Positions 1 through 8,577 of a stretch of DNA of 64,000 nucleotides are shown here, in pieces. A program made the translations under genes and the position numbers. Every line of letters begins with the position of its first letter. Position 1 is the stretch's first letter. The notes below the pieces were generated by a model that saw only the letters and a list, made by a program, of their open reading frames with translations, was not told where the DNA came from and did not search any database. Source of the stretch: Candidatus Saccharimonadota bacterium (GTDB taxonomy: Bacteria; Patescibacteriota; Saccharimonadia; Saccharimonadales; Saccharimonadaceae). The stretch lies in the NCBI GenBank assembly GCA_030530425.1, contig JAUMVA010000001.1, positions 16,132 to 80,131 on the forward strand, read 5' to 3'.

Positions 1-287
1 GTAATTACTTTTAAAACAAATTCTTTTTCTAGCATCTTTAAATCTGGAAAATGTTCTACCGACTGCTGATGTCGCAATGAAATCCAACTCTCATCGAGTC
101 CCTCATATAAAAAATCTGAGTTACGTTCGACCTTACGTGATTTATCTTTTTTAGAAATTATTGGCGGTTTGTTATGTACATTGTCTGGCTGTGACTCTTC
201 CGTTTCAATGTGTTTTGGTACACGTTGATACAATGGGTTGCCTTGTTCATCATTACCCACCATTTTATATTCGTATTCTTGGCTCAT
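1..287 (-). CDS. Hypothetical protein, N-terminal 95 codons only; gene continues beyond the window start. ATG at 287-285, preceded by AGGAG 7 nt upstream
   Basis: Manual minus-strand translation from ATG 287 gives MSQEYEYKMVGNDEQGNPLYQRVPKHIETEESQ...EKEFVLKVI with no stop to position 1. Strong SD lies inside the ruvB 3' end. Not in the ORF track, presumably because it is truncated by the window edge. Function not recognised. Confidence 0.4.
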   Translation of the reverse strand, partial: MSQEYEYKMVGNDEQGNPLYQRVPKHIETEESQPDNVHNKPPIISKKDKSRKVERNSDFLYEGLDESWISLRHQQSVEHFPDLKMLEKEFVLKVI

Positions 288-290
288 TGA

Positions 291-1298
291 TTATTTCTCC
301 TCTGTTATTTTTAGGTGTTTAACGGCTTTTGGGGTAATTTTTCGACCACGTGGTGTCCGTTCCAAAAAACCTAGTTGTAGCAAAAATGGTTCATAAAAAT
401 CCTCAATCGTAGTTGTTTCATCACCAGTTAAAGCCGAGATTGTATTTAAACCGACTGGACGGTAATTATAATTCTCATAGATTTTTACTAATAGACTACG
501 ATCAGCTGGATCAAGCCCAAGTTCATCAATTTCTAATAATTGCATTGCTTGATCAACCAATGGTTGGTCGATTATACCATCACCATTAACATCAGCATAA
601 TCTCGAACTCGTTTCAGAAGGCGGTTAGCAATACGCGGCGTTAAGCGCGAACGATTTGCTAGTGATAAGGCTGCTATATCTTGAATTTGGCAATGCAAAA
701 TCCCAGCCGACCGCCGAATAATTTGGCTAAGCTCTTGGTCAGTATAGAACTCGACTCGATAAATATGACCAAATCGATCCCGCAGTGGCGCAGCCAAGCT
801 ACCAGTACGGGTAGTTGCTCCAATTACTGTGAAACGCGGCAAATCTAATCGCACACTACGCGCCGCAGGACCCTTACCAATCATAATATCAAGTTTAAAA
901 TCTTCCATTGCTGAATACAGCACTTCTTCAACAGCCCGATTCAATCGATGAATTTCATCAATAAACAAAATATCACCATCTTTTAAATTAGTAATAATAC
1001 TTGCTAAATCCCCTGCTCGCTCAATTGCCGGACCAGAAGTAACTCGCAAATCAGCACCCATCTCATTTGCGATCACACTCGCCATAGTCGTCTTACCTAG
1101 TCCAGGCGGTCCAAATAACAAAATATGATCAAGTGGCTCGCCGCGTTTTTTAGCTGCTTCAATTGCTAATTTTAAATTACGTTTCAAACGCTCCTGACCA
1201 ATATATTCCGTAAAACGCTGTGGTCGTAAACTAGTCTCGAACTGCTGTTCAGACTCATCCTCGTGCATGCTAGTGTCAATCACTCGCTCAATTGCCAT
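291..1298 (-). CDS. ruvB: Holliday junction branch migration ATPase RuvB
   Basis: 335 aa; Walker [13 protein letters not shown]+ RuvB N-domain; C-terminal winged-helix region; typical RuvB length. Confidence 0.95.
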   Translation of the reverse strand: MAIERVIDTSMHEDESEQQFETSLRPQRFTEYIGQERLKRNLKLAIEAAKKRGEPLDHILLFGPPGLGKTTMASVIANEMGADLRVTSGPAIERAGDLASIITNLKDGDILFIDEIHRLNRAVEEVLYSAMEDFKLDIMIGKGPAARSVRLDLPRFTVIGATTRTGSLAAPLRDRFGHIYRVEFYTDQELSQIIRRSAGILHCQIQDIAALSLANRSRLTPRIANRLLKRVRDYADVNGDGIIDQPLVDQAMQLLEIDELGLDPADRSLLVKIYENYNYRPVGLNTISALTGDETTTIEDFYEPFLLQLGFLERTPRGRKITPKAVKHLKITEEK

Positions 1299-1404
1299 AT
1301 TACTCTCATTCTATCATAATTTTAATAAAAGCTAAACTGTTAGACGCTAACAAACTCTAGTTTTTTGAAAGCATTTATGGTATAAATTTATATAGGAAAC
1401 TACA

Positions 1405-2088
1405 ATGGATTTAAGTATCGGACTATTGATTATTACTAGTGTTTTTTGCGCCAGTCTAGGACTGAATCTTAGTAGTATCACCTTAATGAGTGGACATGCA
1501 CTTAGCCAGCGTAGCTCACAACAACAATTACGTCATTTATTAATTTGTTTTTCTTTTGGAGCAATGGCAGCCATATTTTTATTGACCTCAACTATATTGC
1601 TATTGCGTTGGCAAATACCACATATTACTTATTATCCGACTTTAATTATTTTACTAATTATTCAAACGTTAATTATGCTACTGATAAAAGTTTTTCAGGC
1701 TTCCGATAATCTAAATCCGTGGACGCTTCGACAAGTGCGTAAATTTATTCAACAACGTTGCATCAAAACTAATTCTGGCGCTGAAGCAATTAGTCTTGGT
1801 ATCTTTAGTGTTTTATCGAATATTTGGCTATTATTTTTACCGCTGTTTAACCTGGCAGGTGCGTTTAGTGTTAACCAATTTATATTACCAATTATTACGA
1901 TTATCAGTTTTATCACCACTTTACCATTTTTGGGTATTAGTTTGGTAATTGTTTTGCAAGTTCAAATTAGTCGCGTTCACCGCTTCCTGATTTCAAACGC
2001 TACTTTTTTACATATTGTTTCCTTATTAAGTTTAATTTTAGCTTGCTGGCAAACCGTTAGCTTGATATTTTATGGAGAATTGCGATGA
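1405..2088 (+). CDS. Polytopic membrane protein, function unknown
   Basis: 227 aa, about 6 hydrophobic helices; divergent from ruvB; stop overlaps the next start (ATGA). Confidence 0.5.
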   Translation: MDLSIGLLIITSVFCASLGLNLSSITLMSGHALSQRSSQQQLRHLLICFSFGAMAAIFLLTSTILLLRWQIPHITYYPTLIILLIIQTLIMLLIKVFQASDNLNPWTLRQVRKFIQQRCIKTNSGAEAISLGIFSVLSNIWLLFLPLFNLAGAFSVNQFILPIITIISFITTLPFLGISLVIVLQVQISRVHRFLISNATFLHIVSLLSLILACWQTVSLIFYGELR

Positions 2089-2357
2089 CTCATTCGATTT
2101 TAAAAGCCAATGGTCAAACTGAAACATTCTCAAAGCAAAAGTTTATCAACAGTATCCAAACTAGTTGTATTGCTGTTGGCTGTGGAACTGGTGAAGCTGA
2201 ATTATTTGCCGAACAAGTTTATAGACAAATCGCTAAATGGATCGAAAACAAACCAGAATTTACTAGCTCTGACTTACGACTCCAAACTTATCAAATTTTA
2301 ACAGTTTATAATCCAGAAGCAGCTTTTTTTTATCGAACATATAAACAAATAATTTGA
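2085..2357 (+). CDS. Standalone ATP-cone domain protein
   Basis: 90 aa; ILKANGQTETFSKQKFINSI...AELFAEQVYRQI...YRTYKQ matches the ATP-cone fold pattern (NrdR / RNR N-terminal type); SD GGAGAA 6 nt upstream. Confidence 0.6.
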   Translation: MTHSILKANGQTETFSKQKFINSIQTSCIAVGCGTGEAELFAEQVYRQIAKWIENKPEFTSSDLRLQTYQILTVYNPEAAFFYRTYKQII

Positions 2358-2366
2358 GGATATCGG

Positions 2367-3743
2367 GTGGGTAAACAACAAACTAAACAAGCTTTTGATC
2401 TAATTATTATCGGTGGTGGTTCAGCCGGTATTCAAGCTGCTTTAAGCGCGCGTCAAAATGGTTTAGCGGTAGCAATTTTCGAAGATAATACCTTTGGCGG
2501 TGATAGTTTAAATTATTCTGATTTACCATTGTCATTTATTCGACAAGCTGCAAAAAATTATTATCAAATTCAACATCAATCTGATTTTTATGGTTTACAC
2601 AATCGATTTGCAAGTTTTAACTATCCAAAAATCAATTCTACCGCTAAATACATTGTTCGTAACGCTTACATTAATAATAAAGAATTCTGCCAAAGTCAAG
2701 GTATTCAAATCATTAATCAACGAGCTTATTTTTTAAGCCCAAATCAAATTAGCGCTGGCGGGCAACGTTATACCGCTAAACATTTTCTAATCACAACTGG
2801 CGCTAGCTGGCAACCGCCAAAGTTTTCTGGCTTATCTGAAATTAATTATTATACACCACGTGACTTTTTAGAAATCGACAATTTACCAAAATCAATTTTT
2901 ATCGTTGGTGGTCACCAAATCGCATTAGTTTTAGCTCAATTATTAGCAATTTTTGGCGTAAAAGTTTATTTTTGTAGCAAAAACAGTGATTTATTACCAA
3001 ATTTTGATAATGAAATCAGTCAATTTATTGAAAAGACCTTAGCTAATGATTTTGATATTAATATTTCTACAAGTAGTCGGTTAGCTGAGATATCACAATC
3101 TCGTTTAACAAAGAACTTAACCTTCATTCATGCAGGCATTGAACGCCAACTCCAAACCGACGAGCTGCTAATTGCCGAATCATTAAGTCCGAATCTTGAT
3201 CTTGGTTTGTCAAATGCCGTAGTCAACTACACAGACGTGGGAATTAGCGTTAATCAATATCTTCAAACCACCAACCAGCGAATTTTTGCAGCCGGTGATA
3301 TATTGAGTACCAGCAAGTTAGATCATAGCGCTACTATTGAAGCAGAAACGGCCATTCGTAATTTAACTAAACATCGAATGCGATCTGTTAATTATAATGG
3401 ATTAATGGAGACTATCCCGTTGATTTATCCAGCAATTAAAATTGGTCAATCCGAAGCTGATTGTCATCAAAATAACATCAAGTTTCAATCGACCACTGCT
3501 CTATTTAGTGAATTACCACGTCAGATTATTGCACCACCGGTTAAAGGCATTTTGAAGTTAATTATCAATTCACAACAACAGCTAATCGGTGCTCAAGTTT
3601 TTGGTCCAGAATCCGAAGCAATTGCTCAGCAGCTAGCTTTAGCGATCCGCAATCATTTCACAGTCAATCAATTATTAGAATTGCCACAAACTTATTTGTC
3701 TTGGCAAGAAATTATTAACACTGCAGTTAACAAGTTTAATTAA
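2367..3743 (+). CDS. Class-I pyridine nucleotide-disulfide oxidoreductase family flavoprotein (Lpd/MerA/Gor-like fold), redox-active CxxxxC absent; GTG start
   Basis: 458 aa; FAD fingerprint DLIIIGGGSAGIQAA. The position of GGTCLNVGCIPSK reads GGDSLNYSDLPLS. C-terminal dimerisation-domain similarity (GAQVFGPESEAIAQQLALAI). SD GAGGA 8 nt before the GTG. Confidence 0.75.
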   Translation: MGKQQTKQAFDLIIIGGGSAGIQAALSARQNGLAVAIFEDNTFGGDSLNYSDLPLSFIRQAAKNYYQIQHQSDFYGLHNRFASFNYPKINSTAKYIVRNAYINNKEFCQSQGIQIINQRAYFLSPNQISAGGQRYTAKHFLITTGASWQPPKFSGLSEINYYTPRDFLEIDNLPKSIFIVGGHQIALVLAQLLAIFGVKVYFCSKNSDLLPNFDNEISQFIEKTLANDFDINISTSSRLAEISQSRLTKNLTFIHAGIERQLQTDELLIAESLSPNLDLGLSNAVVNYTDVGISVNQYLQTTNQRIFAAGDILSTSKLDHSATIEAETAIRNLTKHRMRSVNYNGLMETIPLIYPAIKIGQSEADCHQNNIKFQSTTALFSELPRQIIAPPVKGILKLIINSQQQLIGAQVFGPESEAIAQQLALAIRNHFTVNQLLELPQTYLSWQEIINTAVNKFN

Positions 3744-3751
3744 ATCAAAAT

Positions 3752-3780
3752 AAAACTCCCACTTGTGTGAGAATCTTATT
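3752..3780. terminator. Bidirectional rho-independent terminator-like hairpin between the flavoprotein gene (+) and tRNA (-)
   Basis: CTCCCAC-ttg-GTGTGAG imperfect stem (6/7 bp) flanked by A-run upstream and T-run downstream, so it reads as stem+U-tract on both strands. Confidence 0.4.
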
Positions 3781-3781
3781 T

Positions 3782-3859
3782 TGGTAGCGGGGGTTGGATT
3801 TGAACCAACGACCTCTTGGTTATGAGCCAAGCAAGCTAACCAGGCTGCTCTACCCCGCG
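3782..3859 (-). tRNA. tRNA with CAT anticodon (Met, or Ile2 if lysidinylated), encoded CCA
   Basis: Minus-strand cloverleaf: CGCGGGG-TA-GAGC...GCTT-G-CTTGG-CTCATAA-CCAAG-AGGTC-GTTGG-TTCAAAT-CCAAC-CCCCGCT-A-CCA. Anticodon CAT; A11:U24. Position 1:72 is C:U, which is unpaired. Explains spurious ORF 3675..3863. Confidence 0.8.
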
Positions 3860-3934
3860 TCATTTAAACATGTTATACTTTCATTATAGCACGTTTATCA
3901 TTAAAAAGCAAGCTTGCTGTGATTTTTTATTTTA

Positions 3935-4381
3935 TTAATGGCGATTACTACCAAAGAAAAAGTTAATCCATTGATTAAAAATACTAATTTTCATCGGCGT
4001 AGTATCAATTTGCCGATTATATTCAGCTTGTTTTTGTCTTACCCAGGTTGAGTACTTCGGTAAAATTAAAACTTTTTCGCCATCATTAACTAAACCAAGT
4101 GATTGACGAGCTGCTAATTCCTGATATTCTTCAGTACGATAATAATCAAGTTCTATTTCTGCAGTTGCCGTTTCTAATTTTAACAATGCTAATTGTTGTT
4201 TTTTTACGTCAACTCGCTTTTGCAAATCATAATTACGTCTCATCGTTGCAGTTGCTGACAAAACACAAATAATTGCTACCATTACCACGGCTATTAAAAA
4301 TAGGTTTTGAGGTATTAGCCACTGATGGCGAATTTGATATAAAATCTGACGGATTTTCTGCTTAAACTTAAACATTTTCAA
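3935..4381 (-). CDS. FtsB/DivIC-like septum formation initiator (single-pass membrane coiled-coil protein)
   Basis: 148 aa; N-terminal TM (LFLIAVVMVAIICVL), coiled coil (QKRVDVKKQQLALLKLETATAEIEL), then YYRTEEYQELAARQSLGLVNDGEKVL typical of the DivIC/FtsB family. Confidence 0.55.
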   Translation of the reverse strand: MKMFKFKQKIRQILYQIRHQWLIPQNLFLIAVVMVAIICVLSATATMRRNYDLQKRVDVKKQQLALLKLETATAEIELDYYRTEEYQELAARQSLGLVNDGEKVLILPKYSTWVRQKQAEYNRQIDTTPMKISIFNQWINFFFGSNRH

Positions 4382-4434
4382 CTTATATTATATCATGAAA
4401 TTTTAATCATATTCCGACCTGATGCGTAAACTAA

Positions 4435-4463
4435 TTGAGTAAAAATATATTTTGTGCTAAAAT
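4435..4463 (+). promoter_or_regulatory. Sigma70-like promoter for the downstream tRNA-CAT
   Basis: TTGAGT -35 (4435-4440), 17-nt spacer, TAAAAT -10 (4458-4463); tRNA 5' end at 4475. Confidence 0.45.
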
Positions 4464-4474
4464 ATTACCGTCGT

Positions 4475-4550
4475 GGGGGCGTAGCTCAGGGGTCAGAGCA
4501 GCGGGCTCATAACCTGTTGGTCGCTGGTTCAAATCCAGCCGCCCCCACCA
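4475..4550 (+). tRNA. tRNA-Met (CAT anticodon), encoded CCA
   Basis: GGGGGCG-TA-GCTC-AGGGGTCA-GAGC-A-GCGGG-CTCATAA-CCTGT-TGGTC-GCTGG-TTCAAAT-CCAGC-CGCCCCC-A-CCA. Perfect 7-bp acceptor stem; G-rich anticodon stem (GGG at 29-31); anticodon CAT. Explains spurious ORF 4454..4870. Confidence 0.85.
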
Positions 4551-4595
4551 CTTCAGAATATAAACTAATACCGTCCATTTGGGCGATATTTTGTT

Positions 4596-4640
4596 ATAAA
4601 AAACAGATACTCACCTTTATGAGCGAGTATCTGTGGCACC
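4596..4640. terminator. Bidirectional rho-independent terminator (serves tRNA on + and the 68-aa gene on -)
   Basis: Perfect 10-bp inverted repeat ACAGATACTC (4603-4612) / GAGTATCTGT (4625-4634) with a 12-nt loop; A6 run upstream (U-tract for the minus transcript) and T-rich tract downstream. Confidence 0.55.
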
Positions 4641-4710
4641 CTGTTGTATTGTTTATTTATAGTTATTATACAAACAAAGTGCTTATGGTACAACTAAAAA
4701 GTGTTGTAAT

Positions 4711-4917
4711 TTATGCCTTTTTGGCAACTACCAAGAAACCATTGCGAACGTTTTCTTTAACAATTCGATCTGCAGGTAAATCGCATGGAGTACCTTTTGG
4801 ACCTTTAGCTTCTTTTGAGAAGAAGAAAATTGTTTGCTTTTTACCACCGCGAAGTGTTACTTCCATTTGATGAAGATAAAAAGTTACACCTTTAGAATTT
4901 TTATGACTATAAGCCAT
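4711..4917 (-). CDS. Small basic hypothetical protein (68 aa)
   Basis: MAYSHKNSKGVTFYLHQMEVTLRGGKKQTIFFFSKEAKGPKGTPCDLPADRIVKENVRNGFLVVAKKA. Compact, with its own perfect terminator downstream; sits antisense to the spurious 4454..4870 ORF. No family recognised. Confidence 0.55.
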   Translation of the reverse strand: MAYSHKNSKGVTFYLHQMEVTLRGGKKQTIFFFSKEAKGPKGTPCDLPADRIVKENVRNGFLVVAKKA

Positions 4918-4974
4918 GTTATTCCTTTCCCTTATTTAGTTACTCTATTAACTTAACGCAAAAAAACCTAGATG

Positions 4975-5589
4975 TCAACTATTTTTCGCAATAATTATCC
5001 TCAAGACAACCCAAGAGATTAATCTGATAACTAAATTCATAAGCATAATTGCCCAAATTAATACCGCAAAGCCAGCCCAGTCTGGCGACCAATTTGGTGC
5101 CGCGTAAGAATGAGTAAATAACATTGGATCTAAATTCTTAATCTCCAGTGGCTGCGCAACTGTCGTAGTGCTTTTATTAACCTCGCTCAAAAAACATTGT
5201 GCATAGGCTGAGGTATAGCCAGAGAATTTACGATCACAAATCTCGGCCGCAGTTTTATAGGCATTTTGTTCAGGATTTGATGACAATGATTTTTTTGCGT
5301 CATCGACTAGTCGCTGAACTCGAGCTAAGTAAGTTTTTTCTAAAAAAATCGTTCCAGTTGACGTATTCATATGAGCAAACACAAAATCTCGCAAATCATA
5401 CAATCGCTCCTCAACTAAACCTAGATCTTTTGATTTATCGGCTTCCAAAACTGAATTAAGACGTCTTGACATTTGAACATTATTGATGCGTAATAAGGTC
5501 GCTGTCACTACTGACATCAAGATAAATAAAATTATCATCTGCCAAGTTGCCAATTGAATTTTTTGAAATTGCTTTGACTGAAAAACCAT
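4975..5589 (-). CDS. Membrane protein with N- and C-terminal TM helices, function unknown
   Basis: 204 aa; TM near the N-terminus (IILFILMSVVTATLL) and C-terminus (FAVLIWAIMLMNLVIRLISWVVL); soluble middle domain. Family not recognised. Confidence 0.5.
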   Translation of the reverse strand: MVFQSKQFQKIQLATWQMIILFILMSVVTATLLRINNVQMSRRLNSVLEADKSKDLGLVEERLYDLRDFVFAHMNTSTGTIFLEKTYLARVQRLVDDAKKSLSSNPEQNAYKTAAEICDRKFSGYTSAYAQCFLSEVNKSTTTVAQPLEIKNLDPMLFTHSYAAPNWSPDWAGFAVLIWAIMLMNLVIRLISWVVLRIIIAKNS

Positions 5590-5601
5590 ATGCTTATTAT
5601 A

Positions 5602-6840
5602 TCACGCAATATCAGCTTGATGATATTTATACGCTCGAAAAATTGGAAAATTAGAAAAGGCAAAAATTAAATTAGCAAATCCACAAATTACAAAAAATAC
5701 GATAAATGCCATTCTCTGATCAGGAATTAAACGCAAGCATGCCAACAAGATTAGTCCAGCCATAACCGCACTAATTCCACTTACGATCGTCATCATTAGC
5801 TCCATTAGCACCCTTGAACCAGATTGATCAGCCGCATCATATCGTGCTTTAGTGTATGGAATATGATACAAGATTGTACCAATTGAATAGATTATTTCAC
5901 TAATTATTGCACCAGGAAGTGTCAACAACAAAGGTTGAAAAATAAACGAACACGAGGTAAGCACCACACCCAAACGAAAGCTTCTTGTTGTCATCCTGTG
6001 CTGTTTATCCAACGCTCGACCCAAAAAAAATGCCAACATAAATATCACAAAAGCATCTAATGATTTTAGACTGCCCACTATACCATAGGTAGCCGCACCA
6101 GACAGAATAAAAATCGCCACAAATAACGACCAAAAGTCAGCCGCCACAGCGTCAAAACCGCGACCAAATTGACCAAAAAAAATGCTTCGATAGGATCGCC
6201 AAGGAAAAGTTTTAAAATTAAGATTGTGATGTCGTTTTGATTGAGCCGGTGTTTTAACAAACGAAATCGCCGCAATTAAATACAAAATTGCCGCAAAAAA
6301 CATTGATGATTCGGCACCGAAGTAACTTGCCAACCATCCACCTAAAAAGGGTGAGATAATACCAGCAATTTTTTGAAAAATTAGCATGTAGCTAATTTCT
6401 TTACCAGAGTTTTGTGCATTTTTAACTTCAGAAAATAACACATTATAAGATGTTCGATGAATCTCACTCGCAAAAGCAATCAATAAGCCACCCAAAGCCA
6501 CTGCCAACTCACCCCATTGATCGAATATGGCAAACATTAACAATGACGGGACATAGAAAAAATTACCAACTATTAGACACTTTTTTGCACCAAAAAAAGC
6601 AACCAAAAACATTGAAAAGACACCAAAAATTAGCATCATTAATCGATGATAAATAGCAAATGTCGCCAAATAGAATAACGAGTATCCCTTCGTAAACAAA
6701 AAAGCATAAATAAACACCATTGCTAAATTTTTAGCAATTTCACGCATTAATTCCGATACATAAAGCGCTGACAATTCATTAAAAGTTGCCCGACGCCAAA
6801 AGTGTCGTTGTCTTAATCGATCAATTATTAGTTGAAACAT
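5602..6840 (-). CDS. Major facilitator superfamily transporter
   Basis: 412 aa, about 12 TM helices, MFS-like topology; substrate unknown. Confidence 0.7.
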   Translation of the reverse strand: MFQLIIDRLRQRHFWRRATFNELSALYVSELMREIAKNLAMVFIYAFLFTKGYSLFYLATFAIYHRLMMLIFGVFSMFLVAFFGAKKCLIVGNFFYVPSLLMFAIFDQWGELAVALGGLLIAFASEIHRTSYNVLFSEVKNAQNSGKEISYMLIFQKIAGIISPFLGGWLASYFGAESSMFFAAILYLIAAISFVKTPAQSKRHHNLNFKTFPWRSYRSIFFGQFGRGFDAVAADFWSLFVAIFILSGAATYGIVGSLKSLDAFVIFMLAFFLGRALDKQHRMTTRSFRLGVVLTSCSFIFQPLLLTLPGAIISEIIYSIGTILYHIPYTKARYDAADQSGSRVLMELMMTIVSGISAVMAGLILLACLRLIPDQRMAFIVFFVICGFANLIFAFSNFPIFRAYKYHQADIA

Positions 6841-6902
6841 TGTCCCACCATATTGACTATAATTTAACCATAAAAAAATAGATTTTTCAATTTAAAACTG
6901 AT

Positions 6903-8192
6903 ATGATATACATAATGAAGCACAAAATGAGTATGCGAATTTATTTCTCTGGCATCGGCGGATCAGCTTTAGCACCACTGGCCGAATTATCACTTGATGC
7001 TGGCTATAATGTCGTAGGTAGTGATCAACAGGTAAACCAGAATACTGACCATTTACGTGAGCGAGGCGTCAATTCTTCAACTGATCAATCAGGCGATTTC
7101 TTACGTTATTGTCATCAACAGCAAGCAATTGATTGGATGATTTACACTTCTGCGCTGCCCAATAACCATCCTGAATTAGAGACCGCTCGTCAATTAGGTA
7201 TTCAAACAACCAAACGCGATCAATTCATTCCTTGGTTTATTCAACAGCATCAGTTTAAATTAATTGCAGTGGCTGGAGCTCATGGTAAAACCAGCACTAC
7301 CACAATGTTAATTTGGCTAATGCGAGAGCTTGGTATACCAATTAGCTATCTAGTTGGTAGCACTTTACCATTCGCTGAATCTGGAAAATTTGATCCAGCA
7401 AGTCGATATTTCATTTACGAATGCGATGAATATGACCGTAATTTTCTGCACTACCAACCAGATTTTAGCCTAATTCCAGCCGTTGATTATGATCATATTG
7501 ATATTTATCCAACCTTAACTGATTATCAAACTGCTTTCGTTCAATTTTTTAGCCAATCAAAAAAAGTTTTTATGTGGCAAAAAGATCTATTTCCAACCGC
7601 CGAAAAATTAACCAACCTTCATTTTGCTAGCAAGATAAATCCTGACTTAACCATTCTTGGCCAACATAACCGTGCCAACGCCCAACTAATTCTAGATTTA
7701 TTACCCCATCTAACCGATTTAAATATCAACCAACAACAAGCTATCGAAATTCTCAATCATGCGCCGCGAGCTGGACGAAGGTTTGAAGTTCTCGAACCGC
7801 ATAATCTAGTGAGTGATTATGCACACCATCCCGCTGAGATCAGCGCCACATTAGAATTAGCACGTGAATATGCAGACCAACAATCTTTTGAACAAATTAT
7901 AGCAGTCTATGAACCGCATCAGAACGATCGACAATGTCAATTTCGTGATGACTATCCCAATGCCTTTAAACAAGCTGACCAAATTTATTGGTTACCGACC
8001 TACGTTGCCCGTGATCACCACGAAAATATTCTGTCACCGACTGAATTAGTTGCCAATATTCCACAAGCTTCACCTGCTGATTTTAATGATAAGTTAATAA
8101 ACAGCCTGAAACAACACTTACGACAAAACCACCTTGTGGTTTTAATGACCGCTGGTAAACTTGATAGTTTTGTTCGTCATAATCTCTTATGA
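6903..8192 (+). CDS. murC: Mur ligase family protein, UDP-N-acetylmuramate--L-alanine ligase-like (MurC/Mpl type)
   Basis: 429 aa; N-terminal Rossmann motif IYFSGIGGSALAPLAELSLDAGYNVVGSD; Mur-ligase P-loop AVAGAHGKTSTTTM; C-terminal Mur ligase domain. The true start is probably at the internal MSMRIYF. MurC versus Mpl not resolved. Confidence 0.7.
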   Translation: MIYIMKHKMSMRIYFSGIGGSALAPLAELSLDAGYNVVGSDQQVNQNTDHLRERGVNSSTDQSGDFLRYCHQQQAIDWMIYTSALPNNHPELETARQLGIQTTKRDQFIPWFIQQHQFKLIAVAGAHGKTSTTTMLIWLMRELGIPISYLVGSTLPFAESGKFDPASRYFIYECDEYDRNFLHYQPDFSLIPAVDYDHIDIYPTLTDYQTAFVQFFSQSKKVFMWQKDLFPTAEKLTNLHFASKINPDLTILGQHNRANAQLILDLLPHLTDLNINQQQAIEILNHAPRAGRRFEVLEPHNLVSDYAHHPAEISATLELAREYADQQSFEQIIAVYEPHQNDRQCQFRDDYPNAFKQADQIYWLPTYVARDHHENILSPTELVANIPQASPADFNDKLINSLKQHLRQNHLVVLMTAGKLDSFVRHNLL

Positions 8193-8193
8193 T

Positions 8194-8577
8194 TCATTCC
8201 TTGGTTTCTAGTTTGACCGTAGGCGCTTGTTCAGCTGGCGCAATAATACCCAAGGTTTCGTCGCTCATTGCTCGATCAGCAAATGGCTCATCAACCGTTT
8301 GACGTAAATAATAATCTAAAGCTCGATCAACTTCTTTAATAAAATCGAGATTTATTACACCATCAGATTTAACTCGTAAACGATCATTTTCCGAAGTATA
8401 ATTAATGTCTGATTGTGCTGAACTATAACCTGGACGGCTCAAGTCCAAAGCATATGAACCGCTAGCTCGATAAATATACAGACCTAAAGCACCTAAAATT
8501 AACGCTAATAACGTTGCACCGCATAGGAATATCTTTAATGGATTATATGAGATGGATAATTTATTTCTGAAGTTCAT
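8194..8577 (-). CDS. Membrane-anchored hypothetical protein
   Basis: 127 aa; N-terminal TM (IFLCGATLLALILGALGLYIY); overlaps the upstream gene by 17 nt. Confidence 0.45.
   Translation of the reverse strand: MNFRNKLSISYNPLKIFLCGATLLALILGALGLYIYRASGSYALDLSRPGYSSAQSDINYTSENDRLRVKSDGVINLDFIKEVDRALDYYLRQTVDEPFADRAMSDETLGIIAPAEQAPTVKLETKE

Noticed and set aside
2110-2301. 63-aa alternative-frame ORF inside the ATP-cone gene
   Set aside because: It overlaps the ATP-cone ORF, which has a recognisable domain and an SD, in another frame; the overlapping ORF has no family features.
3782-3859. Calling the minus-strand tRNA-CAT an initiator tRNA
   Set aside because: It has a 1:72 mismatch and A11:U24 but lacks the three consecutive G:C pairs in the anticodon stem, and the mismatch is C:U not C:A. 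It is left as tRNA-CAT of unresolved identity.
3675-3863. 62-aa minus-strand ORF
   Set aside because: It is a translated tRNA-CAT gene (…AAWLACLAHNQEVVGSNPTP…), not a protein.
4454-4870. 138-aa plus-strand ORF from the ORF track
   Set aside because: Its first about 32 codons are the tRNA-Met gene (…GGVAQGSEQRAHNLLVAGSNPAAP… is a translated tRNA). The remainder is antisense to a better-supported 68-aa gene with its own terminator.
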